A stretch of 51,500 nucleotides of DNA from Girardia tigrina (Eukaryota): the NCBI GenBank assembly GCA_001938485.1, contig MQRK01232526.1, positions 8,973 through 60,472 on the forward strand, written 5' to 3'. The notes below the pieces were generated by a model. It searched no databases. It had not been told where the DNA came from and saw nothing but the letters and a program-made list of their open reading frames with translations. Position numbers and translations under genes: made by a program. This document shows, in pieces, positions 1-10,439 of this stretch (position 1 is its first letter; every line of letters begins with the position of its first letter).

Positions 1-207
1 GTTGGTTTGCGAGAATGGGATTGATTGCACTTAGTGCATTTTTCTTAATTTTAAGGAAAAGTGAAATAAAGTTATTTTCATCCAATAATTTATTGGATAA
101 ATTAAATTTATTTTCGGCACGCTACCATATAGTGTACTTGCGTAGTGTATTTTGTGACCTGATGATGGGATTATTATTATCTCGAAACGCGTCGTCTTGT
201 TTTTATC
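1..207 (+). repeat. Penelope pLTR-like repeat ending at a (TA)n tract; diverged copy at about 37460-37660
   Basis: tttgcgagaatgg...ctgatga...tctcgaaa aligns by eye with 37460-37655 and carries a hammerhead core. Confidence 0.6.
156..196 (+). ncRNA. Minimal type I hammerhead ribozyme (Penelope-type)
   Basis: GAC-CTGATGA-T-GGGAT(tattatt)ATCTC-GAAA-CGCG-TC^GTC: full core, stem I GAC/GTC, 5-bp stem II, palindromic ACGCGT stem III, GUC cleavage triplet. Confidence 0.8.
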
Positions 208-236
208 CATATATATATATATATATATATATATAT

Positions 237-450
237 CCATGTAATTTAGAAACTTATTTTTGAAGCTCTTTTACTCAATCAATTTTCTACAAACTTCGCT
301 TATTTACTCATTGTCGATGATAATGAATGATAATGTAAAAATTTGATCCAAAGAAAATACTTTTTAAGATTTCAGAATTGCGAAAAAAACGGTCCCATCT
401 TAGTTCCTGAACAATATTAATTGAAAAAGATCTAGTTATAAATTATAAGT
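237..450 (+). repeat. Unclassified interspersed repeat, second copy at about 43586-43797
   Basis: ccatg(t/g)aatttagaaac(t/c)tatttttgaag...taaattataagta is collinear in both copies; both start directly after (TA)n. Confidence 0.75.
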
Positions 451-689
451 AGTTTAAATTACGCAAAAAATAAATTGAAAAATATATAAAGTCTAGTAAA
501 CCGATTTAAAGTCTAACTAGTAAATCAAAAAAGATATTTTTATATCCATATTTTATGCGAGTGGAACTTTTGATGAACAGAATTTTTTATTGTTTTTTTT
601 CGAAAATATTTTTTAATTAAAACTTTGTTGGAAAGAAGAGTTCTGTCTGCATAAAGAATGGATATAAAAATTTCTTTTCTGATTTACTA

Positions 690-1517
690 TATCTTTTTAC
701 TTTCAAAAGGAGAATAATAACTTTCATAATGAGAATAATGATTATGAATGAACAGTAAAGGATAATCCTATTAAATTTTTTTATAAATTGTTAATATCAA
801 TTTCATTAAAATTAAATCAGTAATAATCCGGTAGCAATCACTAAAATCTTCGACCAGAATTTTTTGGGTATTGATTATTTAAGATTGAATAAAATTGAAT
901 TTAAGGAGCTTATTTTTTTATTAATATTTTTTAAAATTAAAAGACATGTGTGGTTTTCGAATAGGTTCTGTTTTGTTGTAGATAACGTCCCATTCTACTC
1001 GAGCCTTGAATCCGTTTTCAGGGAGCTAGAATTTACAGTAAACATTTTATTGAGGTTAGGTCCTTATAGGTCAATGTTTAACCCCATGTAAAATGTTTGG
1101 TCTTCTGCAAAGGCAAAGGTAAAAAGAGATTTGGCCAAAAAGATGGAATTTATTTTGACTAATACACCTTTAAACTTGACAATTAAAGAATATCGATCAA
1201 GAGCTCTTGAAGAATTAATAAGAGAAGGAATGAGAGTTATTACACTTGGGATATGCAGCAATTTTATTGCTATAAGTTTTAGTAAAGTTGCATATGTAAT
1301 TAATTTGGTTGATATGGTCTTTTAATACAAATTGTGGGTTTTTATGTTTAATAGAGTTTTAAATTTCAGTTTTTGTTTTTTGTGTTAAATATTATTATTT
1401 ATTTCAAAATACTTTAAAAAGAGATAAAGATAAAAATTAATTCTCATTTTTAAAAAGACTTATGGATACATTTCTCATTATGAAAGTTACTATTCTCATT
1501 TTAATAGTAAAAAGGTA
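690..1517 (+). mobile_element. Internally deleted Tc1/IS630-like transposon with DDE_3 C-terminal remnant
   Basis: About 45-bp imperfect TIRs (ta(t/c)ctttttact...aactttcataatgagaa) flanked by TA; remnant VDNVPFYS...LLRLGPYRSMFNPM*NVWSSAKAKVKR. Confidence 0.8.
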
Positions 1518-3728
1518 TAGTTTTTGGAATATTTTCTAAAATTTTTGATTCACGATACACACCGACTGTATTTGATATGGCATCAATCTACCAATGACTC
1601 ATTTTCGTATGTGTGTGTTTATTTCATTTGTTTGGGATTTTCACTTTAACTGACTAAATTGTGCATGTGTGTGTGTGAATGAATATGTATGTTTAATTGA
1701 TGTCATTACTAACAATGACTTCCTAATTATGTGATGTAATTATGATTAATTATTGTTTTAAAAAAATATGGAATTATGTTTAAAATTCAAAAACATACCG
1801 AGTGAAAATAGTGAGTCGAGTGAAAAAGAAATTACGCTTAATAATGAGCTGAAATGTTTTTGTGTTGGCATACGATTGTGTTTTGTAAAGGCTAGAATAC
1901 TTTTTAGAGAAGTTAAGAATGCTTTATACAAATCTTTGTGCTGCTTGTGTTTTAGTTATTGAATTCACTACTTTAAAAAATCAGACAATAAATTTTTTTA
2001 TGACTAGAAAGTAATAAGGATTTTGAATTTGAGTATTTGAATGCTTATAGAAAATGTGTTCAAATTGTCCTTCAATCGTCGTAGAAGATAACCCGTAGCA
2101 TGGTGAATGTAACTGAAGTTGCACTTAAGAAAATTTAAAGTGACAGAAAAATGTAGAAAATTTAGAGTTTTCTTATGAAAGTTTTTTACTTTCCTTTCAT
2201 TAGGAATGAAAAGATTATTGATGAATTTCTCTAATATAGGAAGTATTTCTATTTTCCAAATAGAAGATTAAAAATTTTTTTGTTAAGAATGTAAGTTCTT
2301 TAGAGATTTAAAAATTTTTTGGGAAAGGTTTTGTGAATTTTATTGTGTGGTTTGCTAGTTTGCATTTTTAGGATTCGGATACTTCTAATTTTCTAATAAA
2401 GAGTGTAACTACTTTTTACTACTATTGTGGTTCTCAAAAAAGGAATTGTTTTAAAGAATTATTAATATGTAATTATTGTTTTTTATATTATTTTGTTTTA
2501 TCTTTTGTATATTTTTTTCGTTTTGAGAGAGATTATTTTGAGTTTAGATGTTTGCTTTGTGTGTTATTGATCTTCGTGTATTACAATATATAGAGCTGGT
2601 TTGGTTTGTTGTTTTCTCGAAGTAATTACGATTTATGTTTTTTTTTCTTTTGGGAGAACTTATATTGATTTTTGGTTAATATTGGTAGTAAAAAAGTCAT
2701 AATTTAACACCACAAAATTTATTAATATCAACACTTCACATATTTCAACAAATTTCTTGTTATTTCAATTATTTCGCCCAAAATTAATCTATTAAATTTT
2801 TTCAATTAAATTTTGAAAATATGCTTAATTTTAAACTTTAAAATAATTCTTACATTTTTAAAAAATTTATTACAAAAACTAATTAATTTAAATTTACTAT
2901 AAACCTTTTATTAAAAAATTATTTCTTAAAATATTAATCCGTTAATTATCTATTTTAAAATTTATTTAAACTTATTTAATAACTTTAATTGAAATATATC
3001 AGGGGTTTTTTTTATTTTCTTTTGATAAAAGTGATTATAATTAAACTTGGTGGTGAAATTTGTTCGATTATTATTTTCTGGTTGTTGTAATAAAAATGTT
3101 TAAATGAAAGTGTGAACTTTTTTTAGTAAAAGAAGGGTTTAGTTTTGTGAGTTTTTAGGGAGTTGTTTTTTATATATTTGTCTAAAATGTTTGTTTGTTT
3201 GTTGGTTTGTCGGTTACGCTATAATCAAAATGTAAAATGACAGAAGAACCGAAGCAAATCCATTCAAGGACGTGGTCACTCTGGATAGCCCACATCGAGA
3301 TTGTTCTGCCGGTGCAGCACCTTCGTCGAAGGACACCGGAAAGCCGACAAAATCGACCGAATGTTAAGCCAAAACCATATTCGAAACAATAAATAATAAA
3401 TTATAAAAATTACAATTAAGAAATTTAAACAAAATATTTCAAAAACGAAAATTCAGCTCACCCGTCATATATAACCGGTCTTTTTCTAGTATATTCAGAT
3501 TTAATGAATAAATAACTGAGATTTACCAACCCACAAAAATCATGGGAATCATTGAATAAGAGGGGAGGTGGTTAATTTCGGTGTCTATGAAAAATCTTAA
3601 ATTAGTTGTTACATTAAAAATTAATGAAGAAAATCCTCAACTTTTCTCAGAATCACGAGAAGACTCATTGAGTTTTGAGCAGAATAATTTGTTAATTAAC
3701 ATAAAAATAATTATTTCGTGAAATTTTG

Positions 3729-3923
3729 TCAATTTTTATATTGTTTGAAAATATAAAATTTTGTGGGCGTTTGGTAAACATGTTGCTTTTTTCTACTCAG
3801 TTTTAAGTCACTAAAAATAGGATTTTCCTTTATTCCATATAAACTGTAATCGACCGACGCCATGAAATTCAGTCGTAATTTCTGGTCTCTTCTTTCCAGA
3901 AAGTCTTTGAGAATTTTATTCAA
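3729..3923 (-). pseudogene. Possible highly decayed Tc1/mariner transposase C-terminal fragment
   Basis: KDFLE...DYSLYGIKEN loosely resembles the DFW...DYS.W motif region; no TIRs identified. Confidence 0.2.
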
Positions 3924-4161
3924 TTAACATTAAAGAAAACCACAAGAAAACCTCATATTGTTGTGAGATTCAGCTGTTTCAAATTGTCAATAAAACGATT
4001 AAATTCCGAAATTAAAAATTTTGAAACAACCCAAATTCAACTGATAACCTTTTGGTCGAGGGTGGTCAAATTTTTGGTCAAAGTTGGTTGATCATAGCTG
4101 TTGATATTCAAGCTATATAGAATTATCATTCAAAAGAAAATCGGTTTATCATACTGTAATA

Positions 4162-4489
4162 TTTTTTTTGGTACCGAACCGTTGGGCCGTGGGTGCATTC
4201 AATTATGCACAAGCATTATGGCTTGGTTTTGCATATCTTTTGAATGTCTCAGTAGGCAAGGAACCTGGTGGCGCCTAGCTCCTCTCCAGGTATGGATGGA
4301 CGCTTGCTCAAAGGAGTTCATCCGCCCTTTGCTAGGTTTTGTTTTTCATCCTGCTAGGTGTCCACACACCCTCTTTACCCAGGTTTCTCTGGGTGAGAGA
4401 GCGGGTTTATTCGCCAACCATTCGACCATGGAACAGGTATTACAGGTTTACATGGTACCTATAGCAGACAGCCTACCTGATTTGACCTG
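4162..4489 (-). mobile_element. Non-autonomous RTE-related SINE-like element, copy 1
   Basis: About 320 bp closely matching 43860-44165; A-rich tail on the minus strand; 3' about 40 nt match the RTE LINE tail at 21678-21714. Confidence 0.8.
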
Positions 4490-5214
4490 TACCGTTAAAT
4501 AAATCTTCAAATTTACATTTTTACTTTATCCTTATATATAAATATAAATTTGTAATTTTACACAAATCTTTTTCTTGTTATTTATTAAAGAACAACATCC
4601 TCCACTGAGTGTACGGATATCTGCATTAAATTTAATGACACATTAAATATACAACCATTAAATATACAAGAGTGTAAAAGTAACGAATTTGATTAATTGG
4701 TTGATATACGACAAATTCGTTACTTTTACTAATAGAAAATAAACGCGAATACAAATAAAATAATGTTCAGTGAAAAAATAACTACAATCCAAACGATTAA
4801 CTGTTTAATCATATAGAAATAACTCACAATTGATGTTTCGCGATAAAATCAATTTATCGATAAAATCAAAGAAATCCGTTTGCGATGATTGTTATAAGAA
4901 ATGTAAAAGTTGTTTCAGAAAGTCTTTGAAATCGTTTCAAAATTATTCAAAAAAAAATCAAAATCATTCTTGTAAAAAAAAATTTAAATGAAAGATTCGT
5001 TCAATTTAACAAATAAACAATTGTCAATCTTTTGGAATTTTTTTTGAAATCAATTACGTTTTATATGAATTCATTGAAACTGATCCCCAAATCAATGAGT
5101 TTTGTCGTATCAAATTCCGTAATCAGACGATCTTTGAAATGCTAACGAAGAACTGGTTCGTTTATTTTGAAAAATCTCAAACGTAATTTCGGTTGTCTGA
5201 AATGTTTATCAATT

Positions 5215-5545
5215 AGCGGTATGAATGATATCAATGAACGCCGAGAATTTTTATTCACTAAACTGAACATTTCTGTCATTTTGCTCGACATCGTTCTCAA
5301 CTGCGGCCTTGATGAATCTCATCGATTTTTCGCCGTAATACAATTGAAACATCTGATCAAAAAACACTGGGAAAAGGCGTCAGCTTTCCCGACGGTGATA
5401 ATGAAATCATTCTCCGACAGTTTCTCCGCTCGTCTATCCAAATGAACGCGCCATTATGCTCGAAATTTGTCAATTTGATCGCGGAACTCATCTCAAAAAT
5501 CAGCCGCTCCGATTGGAATCAGAAATGGCCGAATTTACTCAACGT
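5215..5545 (+). pseudogene. Importin-beta family N-terminal (IBN_N) fragment, frameshifted
   Basis: LDESHRFFAVIQLKHLIKKHW then (frameshift near 5442) LIAELISKISRSDWNQKWPNLL, matching the karyopherin R..A.I.LK..I..HW ... IA+.D[WF]P..WP.L pattern; recognised by eye only. Confidence 0.6.
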
Positions 5546-5720
5546 GCAATGGACCTGCCGCTTGTACCAAGGACTCGATCAATTCCTGGGACTAGCGTCT
5601 GTTATGGGCCGACAAAAAGCTGTCAAATTGAAACGGTTACCGACGATTTTTCAATCGAAATTCTATGCTCAATCGAACACGATCGACAACAATCGCTCGT
5701 CGATCGGTCTCGAGTTCGAT

Positions 5721-5843
5721 CCGATCGACACTACAAAAATGCGTCTTGAAATTCAAGAGGGGGTGTTTGCCTTTTATCGCGGTCTGAGTGCTGGAGGGAT
5801 TCGTCAGGCATCTTCTGGCCCTGTAAAAATGGGTTTATATGAG
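5721..5843 (+). pseudogene. Mitochondrial carrier (SLC25, UCP/SLC25A14/30-like) repeat fragment
   Basis: PIDTTKMRLEIQ (Px[DE]xx[KR]xR signature) joined to EGVFAFYRGLSAGGIRQASSGPVKMGLYE; the matrix loop is deleted. Confidence 0.7.
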
Positions 5844-6911
5844 ATTCAAATGTTTTTGTCCCCCCCCGACCTGATGATCACTCCCCGCCGCCGGCGCGCC
5901 GCAGCCACAAAACCACTGCGCCCGCTCTTGCACCATCAATTGATAAGGTTATGTACAGATTGATGGTATCCAAAAACGACACAATTAAATCACTAATTGA
6001 TCTAAAGTTTAACTGAATATCACACGGAATAGCCAAGATAAATTGTCGGGATTCTCATTTTGATGGATTATCTGAATATTTCCAAAGAATTATTCGATAG
6101 GGTTCGACAATAAATTCGGATTTTCGTTGATATATTTTATTAATTGTTTATTGATTTTTTTAATTTTATTCGCAATTTTTATATTTTAATCATAATTCTT
6201 TGGTAATATAATTATACTTTTGTATAAATATATTCCTGATCTTCTCTTGCTTTTTCTACCTTCTTCTTTCTTGATTCTTTTCTTTATATTTATAAAAAAA
6301 ATAAAATGATCTTCTTTTTCCAAAATAAAATAACACAAATAAATAAACGAAATAAAATAATCTAAAATTAAAATCATCTAATAATTTCTACAAATTTCAC
6401 ATAGGTAAAGAAAGCGTTTAAAAATTTGAAAGTATTATATTTGGTGCAACATAGATATTTTTCAATCATATCAGAAAAGAAAAATACATGGCGAAAAATA
6501 TACATGCAAAATAAAACAAAAAATATATGTTATTTGTATTTTTTATGAATAATAATGTGATAATTAAATCAATGAAATATAATGATTAATTAAATAAAGC
6601 CAATTCAATTGTTCATCTTGGCTTTATTAATGTAAAACCGTTTTACTCAAATATCGAAGTGGCCATTATTGAAGTTGGCCTTGTGGAAATTTATTTTATC
6701 GTACCTCACGTCGAAGAATTGAAGTTCTCAATCTTTATTTGTTTCTTATTAAAAGAATTGCCCTATGAAATAACGCTTCCAAGAAGACAATCCAGACAAT
6801 CTCAATAAACGACGAATAACAATCAATTCCGACATCGTCCTTCAAGTGAAAAGACAAAAGAATTGTTATCCGGTTATTGAATTGTATGTGTTATTAGTTA
6901 AATTTTTTCTT

Positions 6912-7174
6912 TTTACCACGTTTTACTTAGCTTCGTTTCTTGTCTGGAACAAATCTTGCGATTGATTTTTCGACCACTTTCAGTCATCCAATTGAGCTGC
7001 ATTTTTTTATACAGGCTTGTTTCCGATGACAATACAATATTTTAAAACATTTACGGCTCTACATAAACCGCATATGCTATAATTTAACTTTATGAAAAAA
7101 ATCAATAATATTAATTAATACGTACAAAAAATTATTTTGAAATAAAACTTGCTTTTATTAAAATAAAACTTTGT
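6912..7174 (+). repeat. Interspersed repeat; inverted near-identical copy at 36371-36653
   Basis: ttttaccacgttttacttagc...aaataaaactttgt is the reverse complement of 36371-36653. Confidence 0.9.
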
Positions 7175-7259
7175 TATTTTGATTTTATTATCATTTCTGT
7201 TATTCGAAATCAATCGAAAGATTTGAATTCCTAAATGATAAGTAAAAATAGTAAAATAA

Positions 7260-8810
7260 TATTATTAATAAAAAAATTTTTTTATAAAAACAACCACGTT
7301 TTTCAAGCATTACCAATGCACTAAAAAGAGGAAAATAATTTTTTTCTAGACATGTGCGAAATTTTATACCTAACTGTAGTGACACAAATTTTTATCAGTA
7401 TTTAAAAATATTAAATATATATACATAAAATCCTATATTTCTTATTTATAAATTTATGATAGCGAGTGCAGAGGAAAACTTGACAATCGTAAAAACTATT
7501 TTGTTGATAATTGCAAAAAATCTATTTTTGTTAAAAAAAATTTGAAGAAAAACTATATATAATTTTATGAATTGTTTAAATAATTGTACATAAACAAAAT
7601 ACATTTTTTGAATTATGAAATTTGGTACTTCTTAATTTTAATTTCTGCAAATTCTTTTTCCATACTATTTTTTTATACTATCACAATTTCCCCATGAATT
7701 TGGTGTTTATCGAGTCACACAATCGATCCGACATTCCATTGAGAATAACTGGTCGAATGAGTTTCCATTCATTCGAACTCGTCAATAACGACAACAAAAT
7801 CGATAACGANNNNNNNNNNNNNNNNNNNNNNNNNNNNNNNNNNNNNNNNNNNNNNNNNNNNNNNNNNNNNNNNNNNNNNNNNNNNNNNNNNNNNNNNAAA
7901 TCGATTTATTTCAGTTATCGAATCAATTGCGATTGGACGATCGATCAGTTAATCGGGAAGATTGGCCGCCAATCGTCAACAATCAGTGACCCGGTTGCCA
8001 TGGACGCCGTGTTCTCTTACAGCGACTGGTGCCGGTCCGACAACCACACGATTCCGATTGTCACTTTCACCCCGGTCAATTCTATGCGCCACTCGAACAA
8101 GATCCGATTTGTCGATCGATGTGCTCGTGTTAGTTGATCCGAACACGAGTCTCGTGATGGTGAGCAACGATCCGTGCGCACGCGCGCCGTGTCTGCGCCT
8201 GCTGTCGATCCTGCGTGAGGTCTTTCACGACAACAAGTCTGTGCACCGCATGGTCATCCTGAGTCTCGACTCCCACTATGGCATCGAGTTGAGCGCCACC
8301 GTCGAAGCGAGCACTACGTATGCGCCGATCTTGAGCGACCTCACGGGCNNNNNNNNNNNNNNNNNNNNNNNNNNNNNNNNNNNNNNNNNNNNNNNNNNNN
8401 NNNNNNNNNNNNNNNNNNTCATCCACCAGATCGACATCGAGGACCACGAGCCGGCGATTCTCGCAATCTTCGACAATCAATCGATTCTCGCCCGGCGAAT
8501 GCCTCACGTATGGTCAGAGGATCACATCTCGTTCCTGTGTTGTCTCTTCCACCATGAGTTCGATGCGATCGAAGAGATCTCCAAACTAACCAAAAACGTG
8601 GGGCATAGAAATGATCGATTGTTACTAAAAAGCAGTAAAGAGGAAATAGCAGTTACTAATAGCAGTAATTCAGAAATACGCCCCACGTTTTTGGGTTAGG
8701 TATAAAATTTCGCACATGTCTAGAAAAAAAATTATTTTCCTCTTTTTAGTGCATTGGTAATGCTTGAAAAACGTGGTTGTTTTTATAAAAAATTTTTTTT
8801 ATTAATAATA
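7260..8810. repeat. Foldback palindrome (about 135-bp arms, about 70-bp spacer) interrupted by the 7375-8585 insertion
   Basis: 7260-7374 plus 8591-8606 is the reverse complement of 8677-8810. Confidence 0.85.
7375..8585 (+). mobile_element. Solo-LTR-like insertion, TGTAGTGA...CCAAA family, copy 1
   Basis: 5-bp TSD CTAAC (7370-7374 and 8586-8590); removal restores the palindrome arm; termini homologous to 40747-41827. Confidence 0.8.
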
Positions 8811-9312
8811 TTGTAATTAAATATCATTTTCACTCCCGAATTTATTATTTCGTTTGTTCAATCATATAAAAGTAGCTTCAGGTTCACCTTATCTGAACAT
8901 AAGGTTACTTTTATAAAGAGTATTCCTATTCTCTGGATTTGAGCCTTAAACTAATAGCGGACTATTTGAGTCTTTCCAAATATTTTCTAGAAGATATATT
9001 TTTCTCACAAGAAAACTTGCCTAAAAATAAGATTTTTAAAGAAAATGCGTTATCAATCAAAAGGTAAAAAGATAGATAAATCCAAAATAATATAAAGGTA
9101 AATGCTCCAAAAATTCTACAAAATTGTCTACTAAATACATAAATTTCAAATTAACATTGCAATTTAAGATAAATGAAATATATGCAGAAAAACTACAATA
9201 AAATCTATCCAAATCAACATGATCTAAGGGTCAAAATCAATTAAAAGTTTTTCTTTTTTAATTAATTAATATTAAAATTATTTAATTATTAATCATATAT
9301 TTTTCTATTTTA

Positions 9313-9408
9313 GATCCTGAGAAAATCTTCAATCACTCCAGTGCACGCATTATGGCTTGGCACAGGTGAAAGCAGAATGTGGAGAGAATTGAAGGACATC
9401 GACACTTA
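9313..9408 (+). other. Possible isolated terminal exon (ILRKSSITPVHALWLGTGESRMWRELKDIDT*)
   Basis: Strong acceptor tttttctattttag followed by a GC-richer open frame; no homology recognised. Confidence 0.2.
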
Positions 9409-10396
9409 AAAAAACTGCTAATAGTTGTAAAAGTTGTAAATAGCAACTTTAAAATTAAAATTATATATTTTAATCGATAACTATATAATAATATTTTATT
9501 CCTAATATTTTAAATTTATTTGAAAGTGATTTAAAATATCTTAATATTAGATTATAATGTAAAGATTTATTTAATCACAAATAATGTATTTAAAATGAAT
9601 TAAAATATTTTTTAAAATAATTTATAAATACTTTAGAAAGGAATTGTAATTTAAATTTCTTTGAATAATCAGAGGTTTAGAAATATAATTTTAATTTATC
9701 AATCAAAAACAATGTCTAACTACAAAAGTTCTTTAAGGAATTGCCCGGGAGGCAATTCGAGTTGTGATGTAAATAAAAGTATTGGAAATCACATTAGTGT
9801 TCTTAATAGTCATAATGTATTCTTTTTAAAATTATAATTGCTACAAGAAAGTTAATGCGAGAATAACAAAAAAATTGCAAATAGAAGAATCTGTGAAGAT
9901 TCATCTCATGATTTAACAAAAAAATTGTTTCATACAAATTTAAACAAGTCTCACAAAAACAAAGCATGTTAGCTTCAATATTATTAATTTTATTTGATTA
10001 AAAATTTTGAAAATTAATTAATTACGTTTTATATTGATAAAAAATAATGAATAATACTATTATGAATATCGTGAGAATAATAAATTTCCCGGGTTTAGTA
10101 TCGGATTACTCTACATATGTACCTTATTAGTTAGAAAGCATCTAGCTAAGAGATGTTTATATACACGTGAGAGATGGATCTAATAAAATAATTGTAACTA
10201 AAATATAAATAAATATGTTACTAGTTTGGACTGAAATGAATTTATAACTGACAATTATTATTATTATTATATATTACATTTTTCATTAACGAAGTTATAA
10301 TATAAAAAAAGTTTTTTTTAATTTTAATTTTTTAAAATTTTTACAATAATTCAAATAAATAAACTATAATTAGTTATTCGTATACATTCAAAGATT

Positions 10397-10439
10397 TTGA
10401 ATAGATATTTCGATCAAGATATTTGATCATCTTCAGCAA
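10397..10439 (-). ncRNA. Minimal type I hammerhead ribozyme motif
   Basis: Minus strand TTG-CTGAAGA-T-GATCAA(atatc)TTGATC-GAAA-TATCTA-TT^CAA: perfect 6-bp stem II, stem I TTG/CAA. Confidence 0.7.

Noticed and set aside
4340-4470. HDV-like or twister ribozyme in the SINE (GGCGAAT; CCTGGGTAAAGAGGG)
   Set aside because: The required P2/P3/L3 or pseudoknot pairings could not be built by eye.
4101-4502. 133-aa ORF as a gene
   Set aside because: It is antisense to a repeat, and the frame is not preserved in copy 2.
5868-5900. Hammerhead from GACCTGATGA
   Set aside because: No stem II or GAAA; the same applies to CTGATGA/CTGAAGA hits near 11665, 14730, 27540, 34690 and 48560.
7260-8810. TIR pair of a Pack-type transposon carrying the GC-rich island
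   Set aside because: The island has its own 5-bp TSD and splits the left arm, so it is a later insertion into a palindrome.
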